Position numbers and translations under genes: made by a program | NCBI GenBank assembly: GCA_029820045.1 | Contig: JALGVE010000010.1 | Coordinates: 1 to 58,849, forward strand | Source: Candidatus Zipacnadia bacterium | GTDB taxonomy: Bacteria > Armatimonadota > Zipacnadia > Zipacnadales > UBA5352 | Reading direction: 5' to 3' | Length of the DNA: 58,849 nt | Notes under the pieces: generated by a model | Databases searched by the model: none | What the model was told of the DNA's origin: nothing | What the model saw: only the letters and a program-made list of their open reading frames with translations | In this document: one piece after another, positions 46,531-57,652 of the stretch | How the letters are laid out: each line of letters starts with the position of its first letter | How positions within the stretch are numbered: the first letter of the stretch is position 1

Positions 46531-49500
46531 ATGCGCAGATGGATGACCGTCACAATCGCAGCTTTGCTGGTGGCATCGGTGTACGCTCAGGAGGAGGCGC
46601 CGAGAGTGTTGCTCTTCGGCCAGGGCGGGTTCACAGCTCAGGCGCTTGACGCGCTTGGTGTCAGGTACGACACCGCCACGTGGGCCGACTACGCGGCGAG
46701 CCGAGTCAACATATTCAACTACGAGGTCGGCATCAGCGGAATGGACGTTGACCGCCGACGACTGGCCGATGACCCGGAACGGCTGCTGGCCTTCGTGGAG
46801 AGCGGCGGCGTCTTTGTGGGCATGCGATACAACCATGAGGACCTCTGGCTGCCCTCGCCGGTCAAGCGGGACAAGGCCTACGAGTTCGGTGAGGTCCTGG
46901 CTCCTGACCACCCCATCTTCAACACGCCGCACCGCCTCAGCCGCGACGTGATGGCCCGCGTGCATAGCGGCAGCATTTACGACGCCTTCTATGACCTGGG
47001 CGAGGGCTGGGCGCCACTGGTAAGCACGGGCGCGGAGCAGGGCTGGGACGAGCGCGAGGCGCAGAGCAAGGGGCCGCATTACGGGATCATCAAGCTGAAG
47101 TACGGCAAGGGGCGGATCATCCTGTGTCAGATGATTCCCACCTACGCTTGGTTCAACGACAACGGCGGCGAGGACTGCGAGGGGAAGCTGCTCTTCGAGA
47201 ACATGCTTGCCTACGTGCAGTCCATCGCGCCCCACTGGCCGCAAGCAGGGAGGGCGAGCGTAATGCCCGACAGCTACTACGAGCGCTTGAGCGAGCTGCT
47301 GCCAGAGCCGACCGCCGGCGGGAGCCTGCCGCTTGATGAGGAGGGCTGGCGGTTCGAGAGCAGCGGCGACTTCACCGGTAAGGCGGACCGGCGCTACGTG
47401 TTCACCATCTCATATCCGGACGAGCCCTCAAAGGCGGGCGGCTTCGGGCGGGTGCAGAGAAAGGTCAAGCTCACCAACGCCGAGGGCGGCTGCTACCTGA
47501 GGTTCTATGTCTCCGACGACTACTGCGGCGGCTGGGACCGAGAGTTCGAGGGCGACCGCTCGGTCGGCAAGACCGAGAACCGCAAGAGGGATATGCGGTT
47601 CGCTGAAGTACTCGTGGACGGCAAGCGCGTCTGGGAGACCGACGTGCTTGGCATGAACCCGCGGCCCGCAAGGGATCGCTTCTACGTGGCGGACATCTCT
47701 CGGCAGGCGCGCGGCAAGGATGAGGTAACCATCACGCTCCAGGTCTCGGACCGGCAGGGCAGCGGCGAGGCGCCCTTCGCAACCGAGGTGTTCTGGGCGG
47801 GCGTGGAACTGTTCGAGGGTGTGCAGCAGTTGGACCTGCGGACCGCAAGGGCAAAAGGATTCGTGCCCGACGAAGAGTGCGTCCGTCTGCAAGACGAGGC
47901 GGAAAACGGCACGCTGGCGCGCAGGTTCACAGGCAAGACCGGCGACTACTACGCTGCCATCAACCTGCGCGATGAGCATACCGGGCAGTCCGAGCTGTCG
48001 CTTAGCGTGGGTGGCAGGGAGATGGGCCGGGTCAAGCTCACCGCCGATGACTACGGCTGGCACTGGGCCCGCCTGGGGCCGAGCCGCATCGAAGAAGGCG
48101 CGGAGATAGAGTTGCGCTGCCGGCGCGAGGGCGAGGAGCAGGTGCGCCTCCGCGAGATGGTGCTTCTGCCGAAGGAGCTGGTCGAACGCAGGCCGGCGCG
48201 GCCACCGCTCGCCATCAGGAAGCCGTGCTACCAACCCGGTCCCGAGTCCCGTCGCGAGAGCTTTGCAGCGCGCGTGCAGGAGAACGCAGGCGTACCCCGC
48301 GAGGGCGAGGTCGCCAGCCACGGCATGCCCTTCGCCCACGGCGCGCTGAAGTCGGTAGAGAACATCCGCGTGCTGTCGCCGACCGGACAAGAGGCGCCCA
48401 GGCAGGTGCGTCAGCTTGCCGCCTGGCCCGACGGGTCAGTCATGTTCGCGCTGGTTACCTTTCCGGCCTCAGTCGGCGCGGGCGAGACCGCCGAGTACCG
48501 CGTCGAGTACGGCTCCCAGGTGCAAGCAAGCGCGCAGCCGACGCAGCCTGTCAGCGTGGCTGAGAAGGGTGACGAGATTGTCATCAACACAGGCCCGCTG
48601 ACGGCCACGCTCAGCAAGGTCATGGGGACGGTCTTCGACTCGGCAGTGCTCGACGGCAAGGAGATGGTGGCGGGCGGCCAGCCTTGGACAGCGCTGGTCA
48701 CGACCGAGGACGGGAAGACATACTCCTCCGCGAGCGGCTCGGTGACAAAGGTGCAGATACTGGAGAGCGGACCGCTGCGCGCCATCGTGCGGCGCATCGG
48801 CAGGCACCAGGGGGATGATGGCTCGACGCTGCTGGAGTACGAAATAATCCAGGAGTTCTACGCCGGCAGTCCGATGACACGGCTGCGGTACTACTTCACG
48901 CATAGGGAGAACAGCGACACCGAGAAGATCCGGCAGGTTCGCCTGCAACTGCCGACGCCGTGGGCGTCGGGCAACGGCGCGCGGTCCCTGGTTTGGCTCG
49001 ACGGCGACAAGATGGCGGAGAGCGCGGGCGGCGTGAGCGTCAACCAGCATGACCTCGACGTGGCCACGGTGACCACCGGTGGGGAGGTCTCGGAGGCCGG
49101 GCGCACGCGCGGCTGGGCGCGACTGAGCGCGGACGGTGGACTGTCGGTCGCCACCCGCTGGTGGTGGGAGAAGTTCCCCAAGGCCGTCGAGGTTGGGCCG
49201 GACGGGATCGCGCTTGACCTGATCCCGCGGGATAGTCACACGCTCTTCAGCGATGGGCCCTTCGCGCTGCACCAGGGGGAGTGCATCGGGCACGAGATTC
49301 TCGTAAGCTTCGAGAGGCCGGGCAGCGAGCCGGAGTCCACGGACGTGTTCCGCGCGTTCCAGGACCGTCTGCTGCCCACGCCCGATCCGCAGTACGCCTC
49401 CACCACCATGGCTCTCGGGGAGGTGGCGCCGCACAACGAGTTGATGTTCCCCGACTATGAGGCGGGGATTAAGAGGCTTTACGACGGCTACCTCGCCAAG

Positions 49501-51186
49501 CGTGAGCAGCGCAAGGAATACGGGATGGAGAACTTCGGGGACGATACCTTTGAGTGGGGCTACGGGCCGAGTTACACCTTCTGGAGCAATCAGGAGTACG
49601 ACCACCACCACGGGTTCCTGATGGAGTACCTGCGCTCGGGGGATCGGCGTTACTTCGAGATAGGCGAGCAGGCGGCCCGGCACCACCGGGACGTTGACTG
49701 CATTCATGGGGCGCCCGGGCGGGAGTATGTCCTGGGCTCACCCCACCACCACAACAGCAAGCACCTGGTGGAGGAGGGCTGGTTCCCGGATCACTGCCTG
49801 CGCCCATCCGACGTCACCCACGCCTGGGTCGAGGGCCTGCTGACGTACTGGATGCTGACCGGCGATGTCCGGGCGGAGGAAACCGCGAAGCAGATGGGCG
49901 ACTGGTTCGTGTGGTGCGTGAAGAATGACCACTACGGGGCAGGCGGCCAGGAGCGCGGCCCGGGCTGGACGTTGATTGCACTGTCCGCCCTGTACCGGAT
50001 AACCGGCGACGAACGCTTCAAGCAGGCCGGCGATACTATCCTCGACTGGATGGAGGATATCCAGGACCCGGTGCGCGGCGTCATCAGCGTGCCCATCTCG
50101 GAGCAGCCCAGCTACGAAGGCGGGACCGCCTTCATGCACGGCATTGTCGGGCGCGGCCTGGGCAGGTTCTACGAGGCCACCGGCGAGCGGCGCGCCATGC
50201 GCATGTGCCTGGGGATCGGCGAGTGGCTGACCACCGAGCCGATGGGCCCGCCCGCGAGGTTCTGGTACAAGCAAGCGCCGAGCTGTAAGCACGGCTACGG
50301 CGCTACCTCGCAGTGTCTGAGCGCGCTGAGCTACCCCTACCGTTATACCGGCGACGAGTGGTTCGCGGAGATGAGCGAGGCATTGCTGGCGCAGACGCGC
50401 CCAAGTGTGCGGAGCGTGGCGTGGGCTTACACCACGCTCGCCCACCTCGCCCCACGCCTCACACCCCTGCGCCTTGATCTCCCGAGGGAGCCGCTGGCGG
50501 TTGCACCGGCAACGCCGGGCGAGGTGTCCCTGCACCTGACCAACACAAGTGCGGGACCGGTCGAGGCACGCATACGTGCGGCAGCCGCTCAAGGGCTGGC
50601 GCTGAGCGCGCAGCCCCCGCTCGTCAAGCTGCCCAGCGGCGAGACCGCGGAAGTCAAGCTTACCATCAGCGCTAACCCCCAAGCCGTCGGCAAGACGGTT
50701 GACCTCACCCTCCAAGTAGTGAGCGGGGAACGGACACAGGAGAGGACCTTGCGCGTCAGGGCCATCAAGGAGCTGGTGCGCAAGACGCTGGGCGTGGAGC
50801 AGGCGCAACTGACCTCACCGTTCGTCCTCTCCGAGGAGGACGGCAAGAAGTACGCGCATGTGCCTCGGGAAGCTCGCTTCAACCCCGATCCGTGGGCCGT
50901 GCAGGACGAGGCCGGCGCAGTAACCTGGCAAGTCACCCTGCCGACGCGAGGTGAGTACTCCCTCCTCGCGGACTGCTACTGGCTGGACGACAAGGGCAAC
51001 TCCTTCTACGCTGCCGTGGATGACGGTAAACCAACGGAGTTCGGGAACGACTCCCGCCTCGAGCAGTGGCATTCGGTGCGTGGGGAGGCCTACCAGCTCG
51101 AAGCCGGTACGCATACCATCTCACTCCGCAGCCGTGAGGACGGCGCCCGCGTGCGGGCCATCACGCTCACGAATATGCCGCAGTAG
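46531..51186 (+). CDS. Giant secreted protein with PL26/PcRGLX-like (exo-rhamnogalacturonan lyase-like) core
   Basis: Signal peptide, GMPFAHGAL...WPDGSV, SGPLRA, YGMENFGD, WSNQEYD, ARHHRDVD, HAWVEGLLTYWMLTGD, ERGPGW. Jelly-roll modules on both sides. Confidence 0.72.
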   Translation: MRRWMTVTIAALLVASVYAQEEAPRVLLFGQGGFTAQALDALGVRYDTATWADYAASRVNIFNYEVGISGMDVDRRRLADDPERLLAFVESGGVFVGMRYNHEDLWLPSPVKRDKAYEFGEVLAPDHPIFNTPHRLSRDVMARVHSGSIYDAFYDLGEGWAPLVSTGAEQGWDEREAQSKGPHYGIIKLKYGKGRIILCQMIPTYAWFNDNGGEDCEGKLLFENMLAYVQSIAPHWPQAGRASVMPDSYYERLSELLPEPTAGGSLPLDEEGWRFESSGDFTGKADRRYVFTISYPDEPSKAGGFGRVQRKVKLTNAEGGCYLRFYVSDDYCGGWDREFEGDRSVGKTENRKRDMRFAEVLVDGKRVWETDVLGMNPRPARDRFYVADISRQARGKDEVTITLQVSDRQGSGEAPFATEVFWAGVELFEGVQQLDLRTARAKGFVPDEECVRLQDEAENGTLARRFTGKTGDYYAAINLRDEHTGQSELSLSVGGREMGRVKLTADDYGWHWARLGPSRIEEGAEIELRCRREGEEQVRLREMVLLPKELVERRPARPPLAIRKPCYQPGPESRRESFAARVQENAGVPREGEVASHGMPFAHGALKSVENIRVLSPTGQEAPRQVRQLAAWPDGSVMFALVTFPASVGAGETAEYRVEYGSQVQASAQPTQPVSVAEKGDEIVINTGPLTATLSKVMGTVFDSAVLDGKEMVAGGQPWTALVTTEDGKTYSSASGSVTKVQILESGPLRAIVRRIGRHQGDDGSTLLEYEIIQEFYAGSPMTRLRYYFTHRENSDTEKIRQVRLQLPTPWASGNGARSLVWLDGDKMAESAGGVSVNQHDLDVATVTTGGEVSEAGRTRGWARLSADGGLSVATRWWWEKFPKAVEVGPDGIALDLIPRDSHTLFSDGPFALHQGECIGHEILVSFERPGSEPESTDVFRAFQDRLLPTPDPQYASTTMALGEVAPHNELMFPDYEAGIKRLYDGYLAKREQRKEYGMENFGDDTFEWGYGPSYTFWSNQEYDHHHGFLMEYLRSGDRRYFEIGEQAARHHRDVDCIHGAPGREYVLGSPHHHNSKHLVEEGWFPDHCLRPSDVTHAWVEGLLTYWMLTGDVRAEETAKQMGDWFVWCVKNDHYGAGGQERGPGWTLIALSALYRITGDERFKQAGDTILDWMEDIQDPVRGVISVPISEQPSYEGGTAFMHGIVGRGLGRFYEATGERRAMRMCLGIGEWLTTEPMGPPARFWYKQAPSCKHGYGATSQCLSALSYPYRYTGDEWFAEMSEALLAQTRPSVRSVAWAYTTLAHLAPRLTPLRLDLPREPLAVAPATPGEVSLHLTNTSAGPVEARIRAAAAQGLALSAQPPLVKLPSGETAEVKLTISANPQAVGKTVDLTLQVVSGERTQERTLRVRAIKELVRKTLGVEQAQLTSPFVLSEEDGKKYAHVPREARFNPDPWAVQDEAGAVTWQVTLPTRGEYSLLADCYWLDDKGNSFYAAVDDGKPTEFGNDSRLEQWHSVRGEAYQLEAGTHTISLRSREDGARVRAITLTNMPQ

Positions 51187-51266
51187 CGGGCAAGGTCGCG
51201 GAGGCTCGGGCAGCGCCGGGGTCGGCGTGGCATCAGCCGCGCCGACCCCGAAGCGCAGCGATGGCA

Positions 51267-51292
51267 GGCGATCCCGCAACCGCGGGATCGCC
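51267..51292. repeat. Palindrome GGCGATCCCGC-AACC-GCGGGATCGCC
   Basis: Same arms as 16827-16850. Lies between convergent genes. Confidence 0.7.
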
Positions 51293-51416
51293 GACGCGCA
51301 CAGGCTCAGCCGCACCTCCTGCGGCTGAGCCTGTGCGCGTCCCGGCCCCAGGCCGGTGCCATCGCTGCGTTGTGCGCGCTTCGCGCGCACGCGCTGCCCG
51401 TGAGGGCTCGCCTCAC

Positions 51417-52037
51417 TCAGGCCGCAAGACTCTGCTCGATCTGAAGGATGCTGATGAGCACGGCGACGACGTCCGGGTGGAACTGCGTGCCTGCGCGCAT
51501 GAGGAGTTCAGCAAGGGCCTGCGCGCGTGGCCTGGCGGGACGGTAGGGACGCCAACTCGTCATGGCGTCGTACGCATCGCAGACGCCGAGTATGTAGGCG
51601 CGCAGGTCGAGTTCGTCACCGCCCAGCCCATCGGGGTAGCCCCGCCCATCGAACTGTTCGTGATGATGGCGCACGGGGTCGCTCAGGTGAGCGAGGGCGG
51701 GGATGCCAACGATCAGCTCGGCTCCTACGATGGGGTGCTGACGCACCTGGCGGAACTCGGTGGGCGTAAGAGGTCCCGGCTTGGAGAGAACCGCGCGATC
51801 CACCCCTACCTTGCCGACGTCGTGCAACATACCCAACACGCCCAACTCGTTCAGGCTGGAGCGGGGCAGGCCGAAGAAACGGCCAACCTCCACGGCAAGC
51901 TGGGCGACGCGGCACGAGTGAGCGTAGACACACGCGTCCGCGCTGGCCGCCCGAGAAAGGAGGCTGGCAACTGCGGCATCAGTGTGCGGGGGGAATGCGA
52001 CGTCCACCCACCCACGTTGCGGTTCATGCGCGGACAT
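51417..52037 (-). CDS. Stand-alone HD-GYP phosphodiesterase
   Basis: HSCRVA, LHDVGK, HPIVGA, HHHEQFDGRGYPDGL, DAYDAMTSWRPYR. Start inferred, overlaps the upstream gene by 14 nt. Confidence 0.9.
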   Translation of the reverse strand: MSAHEPQRGWVDVAFPPHTDAAVASLLSRAASADACVYAHSCRVAQLAVEVGRFFGLPRSSLNELGVLGMLHDVGKVGVDRAVLSKPGPLTPTEFRQVRQHPIVGAELIVGIPALAHLSDPVRHHHEQFDGRGYPDGLGGDELDLRAYILGVCDAYDAMTSWRPYRPARPRAQALAELLMRAGTQFHPDVVAVLISILQIEQSLAA

Positions 52038-52845
52038 TGCGTACTGGCGCCTCTGTCCGCGAGCCGGCGCAGGCCACGGCCTGTGCCATCGGGCGCTGGT
52101 GGTAGGAAGCCGCGGGTAGGATGAGCAGGATGCCTGGGCGGTCGGTGAGCAGATCGAGGCTCCCACCGTGCCGGATGGCGATAAGCCGCGCGGCGGTCAT
52201 CGGCAACTGATCGGCCGCGAGCGCTCCCGGCGTGTCCTGCTCATTGTTGCTCAGCGAATCGAGGCGGACGACCAGCTTGACGCGCGCCTCTTGACCTGCC
52301 TGTGCCGGGACCGGCGTCACGGAGGTGACTACCCTGTCGCCCGCACGCGCCAGCGAGGTGACGGACCGCAAGGCGCTCAGCACGGCCTGGTGCAGCAGGT
52401 CTTCGTCCCCCAGTACTGGTGGACAGGATTGAGCCGCATCCACCACCAGCCATGCACCCACGAGCTGCGAGTAGGAGGCGAGGGTGCGCACCGCGCGCCT
52501 GCTGATGCCCACGAGGTCCACCGGGCTGAGCAGTCTGGCGTCCAGCGCTCCGCCCTGCCTCGCCACCACCAGGAGGTCGGAGACCAGCCGGTCAATGGTC
52601 GTTACCTCGCTCGCAATCATGCTCAGCATCTCACGGTGGTCGTTCGGGTCAAAGTCCCCGCCGAGCAGGTAGTCGGCGGCGGCCCCGATGGTGGTCAAGC
52701 TCGAGCGAGTGCGATGGGCAAAGGACTCAACGGCCCGCAGGTCGAGGTCAAAGGAAGGGCCCGTGGCCCCGCCCGAGATAGCCGCATCCTGCGGAGCAGG
52801 CTGCTCTGCGCCGTCGGCGGCTTGATAGCCGATTCCCTCGGACAT
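52024..52845 (-). CDS. Degenerate histidine-kinase-like protein (HisKA + defective HATPase_c)
   Basis: FAHRTRSSLTTI H-box, RLVSDLL, VDL, GDEDLLHQAV and RLIAIRHGG are retained. N, G1 and G2 boxes are lost. Confidence 0.75.
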   Translation of the reverse strand: MSEGIGYQAADGAEQPAPQDAAISGGATGPSFDLDLRAVESFAHRTRSSLTTIGAAADYLLGGDFDPNDHREMLSMIASEVTTIDRLVSDLLVVARQGGALDARLLSPVDLVGISRRAVRTLASYSQLVGAWLVVDAAQSCPPVLGDEDLLHQAVLSALRSVTSLARAGDRVVTSVTPVPAQAGQEARVKLVVRLDSLSNNEQDTPGALAADQLPMTAARLIAIRHGGSLDLLTDRPGILLILPAASYHQRPMAQAVACAGSRTEAPVRNVRA

Positions 52846-52891
52846 GGTAACACCGCATCCCGTTCGCTGAGAATAGCGTGTCTATGATTGG

Positions 52892-52918
52892 TTATCGGCA
52901 GGATACGCCGAGAGTTTA
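52892..52918 (-). promoter_or_regulatory. Sigma28 (FliA/SigD)-type promoter
   Basis: Minus strand TAAA, 15 bp, GCCGATAA: exact consensus, 46 bp upstream of ATG 52845. Confidence 0.85.
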
Positions 52919-52943
52919 GTGGCTGAGGCGAATACGCGCTTGC

Positions 52944-54586
<1,643 letters not shown>

Positions 54587-54603
<17 letters not shown>

Positions 54604-54982
54604 TATCGGTCACCCCCGTAATCTCGGCCACGATGTCCCGAAGCGTTTCCGGCGCAAAGGGTTTGTGAATGAACTTAGCGCCGATCTGCACCAGGCGATT
54701 GATGCGCGTCTCACTGCCCTCGGTGGAGACGACGATGACGGGGATCTCCGCGACGTTGGGGTCGGCCTGCATCCGTTGGATCATCTCCTCGCCATCCATC
54801 ACAGGCATGTTGATGTCCACGATGCCCAGGTCAATCCAGTGCTCACCGAGGGCGTCGAGCCCCTCCTGGCCGTTAGCCGCCTGATGGACCTCTCCGACCG
54901 GTATGCCGGCCATGCCGAGCGTCTTGATGATCATCGCCCTCATCACGGCGCTGTCATCCACCACTAGAACGTTCAGTGCCAT
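54587..54982 (-). CDS. cheY: CheY-like single-domain response regulator
   Basis: LVVDDS, DINMPVMDG, VSTE, HKPF. RBS GGAGG. Confidence 0.9.
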
Positions 54983-55102
54983 CTTGCTTACCTCCAGCAC
55001 TACGGCTTCGAGCTGCGAGCGACGAGTTCCCAGCCTCTAACACCAACGACCTTGCGCGACAGCAATGTCGCGCCTCCTGTAGGCGGGCATCGCCTTGCGC
55101 GC

Positions 55103-55125
55103 GTCGGGCTAGAAGCGCAACCCAC
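55103..55125 (-). repeat. Degenerate REP unit
   Basis: Reverse complement GTGGGTTGCGCTTCTAGCCCGAC resembles 24763-24786. Confidence 0.5.
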
Positions 55126-55139
55126 GCGAGTAGTTGGGG

Positions 55140-55619
55140 CTAGAGTTGCGTCTCTTCCCGCCCCGTGCTGACCCAGGTGCGGCCGCTGCCAATCTCCAGG
55201 TACATCGTCCTCGCCTTGCTGCCTCCGACATCCTGCGCATCTATGAGGATGCCGTTCTTCCAGAACAGCTTCTTGAGTGTGACGATGTTCCTCTTGCCGA
55301 TGGCAAAGCGGTCGCTGCTGCTGTCCTGGACGTTCGCGCCACCCGCCACCTTCACAACCAGCCGGGCTTTGTCCGCACCGGCGGCGTAGACCTCGCGAAA
55401 GAACGCGGGCACACCCGTGTCCACGAACATGAAGGGGTTCTTCTCAGCCTTCTCAGGGTTGATAGATGACACCGGCATCATCACATGCAGCACACCCCCG
55501 ACGCCCGCGACCTCGTCGTGAATGGCTATGCCGAGGCAGCTACCCAGGGCGTGGGTGATGATGAGGTCTCCCGCCTCGCTCGAGAGCTTCATCTCCGCTA
55601 TGCCGACGATGTGTTTCAT
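55140..55619 (-). CDS. cheD: Chemoreceptor glutamine deamidase CheD
   Basis: THALGSCLGI, HVMMP, KVAGGA, IGKRN, DVGG...RT. Confidence 0.95.
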   Translation of the reverse strand: MKHIVGIAEMKLSSEAGDLIITHALGSCLGIAIHDEVAGVGGVLHVMMPVSSINPEKAEKNPFMFVDTGVPAFFREVYAAGADKARLVVKVAGGANVQDSSSDRFAIGKRNIVTLKKLFWKNGILIDAQDVGGSKARTMYLEIGSGRTWVSTGREETQL

Positions 55620-56476
55620 GCTGCCTTTTCCTCGCTCAGGGGCGCTGGCTTTTCGTACACGGTCGGCTCTACGTAGCGAAGCTGGTGGCGGACACCGGTC
55701 AGGCTCTCTGAGTGGCCGATGAAAAGCGTTCCGGCGGGCGCGAGCAGGTCCGTGAAGCGTTCGACAAGCTGGGCCTGCGTGGGTTTGTCAAAGTAGATCA
55801 TCACGTTGCGGCAGAAGATGATCTCAAAGGGCCCACCCATCGGCCACGTGTCCATCAGGTTGAGACGTGCGAAGTGCACGAGCTGGCGCAAGCTCTCCTT
55901 CACCTGGTAGCGGCGCTCCGGACGCGCCTCAATGCACGTGAAGTGCTTCGACCGCAGCATCCCCGGCACGTCCTGGAGACGCTTCTTGTCGTAGATGCCC
56001 TCTCGGGCACGCTCGAGCACGGTGGTGGAGAGGTCCGTGGCCAGGATCTTGACATCCCAGGCTTGCAGGTCCGGGATCGCCTCGGCCAGGTGGATCGCGA
56101 TGGAATATGGCTCCTCCCCTGACGAGCAGCCGGCGCTCCAGACGTGCAGGCGACGGCTTCCGCTGGCGAGGAGGCGGGGCACGATTGTGTTGACCATGTA
56201 CACGAAGTGGCTTGGCTCGCGGAAGAATCTGGTCAAGTTCGTGGAGAGGGCATCGAGCATGGCGGTGAGCTCGTCCCCGCTGTCGTCGCGCCGGAGGTAG
56301 TCCATGTACTCCTCAAAGCTCGCCATGCCGAGCGCCCGCAGGCGCTTGGCGAGGCGTGCCCTGACGAGTTGCTTCTTCCCCTCGTGCAGGTTGATCCCGC
56401 ACAGCTTCTTGGTCAGCGTGCTGACCCTGCGGAACTGTGCGTCCGTCAATTCGGCCCCTTGCAGTCCCGACTGCAT
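55616..56476 (-). CDS. cheR: Chemotaxis methyltransferase CheR
   Basis: GINL..GK..LVRARL, TNLTRFFRE, WSAGCSSGEEPYS, ATDLS, IFCRNVMIYF, GHSESL. Start approximate. Confidence 0.95.
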   Translation of the reverse strand: MQSGLQGAELTDAQFRRVSTLTKKLCGINLHEGKKQLVRARLAKRLRALGMASFEEYMDYLRRDDSGDELTAMLDALSTNLTRFFREPSHFVYMVNTIVPRLLASGSRRLHVWSAGCSSGEEPYSIAIHLAEAIPDLQAWDVKILATDLSTTVLERAREGIYDKKRLQDVPGMLRSKHFTCIEARPERRYQVKESLRQLVHFARLNLMDTWPMGGPFEIIFCRNVMIYFDKPTQAQLVERFTDLLAPAGTLFIGHSESLTGVRHQLRYVEPTVYEKPAPLSEEKAA

Positions 56477-56577
56477 CGCGAACACCACACAAACAGTATA
56501 TCGAACTCTCAACTCGACGCCCTGGCGCCGCCCAAGCGACATGGCGAAGAGTGGACTCACGGATGCGCGAACTACGC

Positions 56578-57189
56578 TTACCCCTGCACCTTCTGAAATA
56601 GCTGGGCATCAGGTGCTACCCGCTCAAAGAGAGCAGCCACCTCTCGCGGCAGCTTCTGAGTCTGCTCTACCGCCAGGAAGCCGTCAGCCGCCAGCGCATC
56701 ATGGAACATCTGGAGCACATCTATTCTCTCCTTGGGCTTGAGATGAAGCAGCACGTTCTTACACACGATCAGGCCGAAGCCGGAGCGGATCGGCTTCAAG
56801 GAGAGCAGGTCATGCCTCTGGTAGCAGACAACTCTCATGAGTTCCGGGTCAATTCTGAAGTGCTTCGGCGTGTCCTCGACCGGCGTGAAGTACCTCGCGA
56901 GAAGGTCGGCGGGTATCCTCTTGACAGACTCATAGGGATACATCCCTTGAGCGATGATGTCCCCGAAGCGACGGCTGCTATCAATATCGCTGGCATATAT
57001 CTTCAGGTTCCTGAAAAGGAAGGGACCCATGTTCTCACGGAAGATGATAGCGAGCGAGTATGGCTCCGGTCCCATGGCACAACCGGCGTCCCAGACATTG
57101 ATGTAGCGCCTACCTTTGAGCTGCGGGATGGCGTGTCTTTCGATGGCACGCAAGGCATCCATGTCACGGAAGAAGTAGGTAAAGGCCAT
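56578..57189 (-). CDS. cheR: Short CheR-type methyltransferase lacking the N-terminal helical domain
   Basis: Begins at MAFTYFFRD. WDAGCAMGPEPYS, ASDID, HDLL, VCKNVLLH. Confidence 0.85.
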   Translation of the reverse strand: MAFTYFFRDMDALRAIERHAIPQLKGRRYINVWDAGCAMGPEPYSLAIIFRENMGPFLFRNLKIYASDIDSSRRFGDIIAQGMYPYESVKRIPADLLARYFTPVEDTPKHFRIDPELMRVVCYQRHDLLSLKPIRSGFGLIVCKNVLLHLKPKERIDVLQMFHDALAADGFLAVEQTQKLPREVAALFERVAPDAQLFQKVQG

Positions 57190-57306
57190 CAGTATGACCC
57201 CTCATCGGCTGGCCCCCTTTACTCGGCGGCAGCTACTCACGTTGTCACCCGGCGAGTGCCTGCGGTCGCAAGCGGAGCGAATGGTCTCATAGGCGTCTCG
57301 GCCATA

Positions 57307-57331
57307 GTAGGACAGGTGCCCTCACCTGTCC
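57307..57331 (+). repeat. GTAG-REP unit facing the tandem array
   Basis: GTAGGACAGGTG-CCCT-CACCTGTCC hairpin. Confidence 0.7.
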
Positions 57332-57356
57332 CGGCTGCTCGCCCGGCGATGCCTCG

Positions 57357-57568
57357 GACAGACGAGGCGTCTGTCCTACTACCCGACAGACGAGGCGTCT
57401 GCCCTACTACGCGACAGACGAGGCGTCTGTCCTACTACGCGACAGACGAGGCCTCTGTCCTACTACGCGACAGACGAGGCGTCTGTCCTACTACGCGACA
57501 GACGAGGCCTCTGTCCTACTACGCGACAGACGAGGCCTCTGTCCTACTACGCGACAGACGAGGCCTCT
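57357..57568. repeat. Tandem array of a 28-bp REP-like unit (7 full copies + 16 bp)
   Basis: Unit GACAGACGAGGC(G/C)TCTGTCCTACTACGC starts at 57357, 57385, 57413, 57441, 57469, 57497, 57525 and 57553 (partial). No spacers. Confidence 0.97.
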
Positions 57569-57597
57569 CCCAGGTGAACAGTTACACTCAGCGCGAC

Positions 57598-57631
57598 AAG
57601 GGGGGAGCCGAGCGAACCCGGCTCCCCCTTT
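57598..57631. terminator. Terminator-like hairpin downstream of the MCP gene
   Basis: GGGGGAGCCG / CGGCTCCCCC 10-bp stem with short A/T flanks. Confidence 0.55.
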
Positions 57632-57652
57632 GCCTGTACTGTGAAGCTGATC

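Noticed and set aside
57202-57221. Second sigma28 promoter before the short cheR
   Set aside because: TAAA and GCCGATGA are only 8 bp apart rather than about 15.
57357-57568. Possible CRISPR array (28-bp palindromic repeats)
   Set aside because: Repeats are head-to-tail with no unique spacers, and no cas genes are present.
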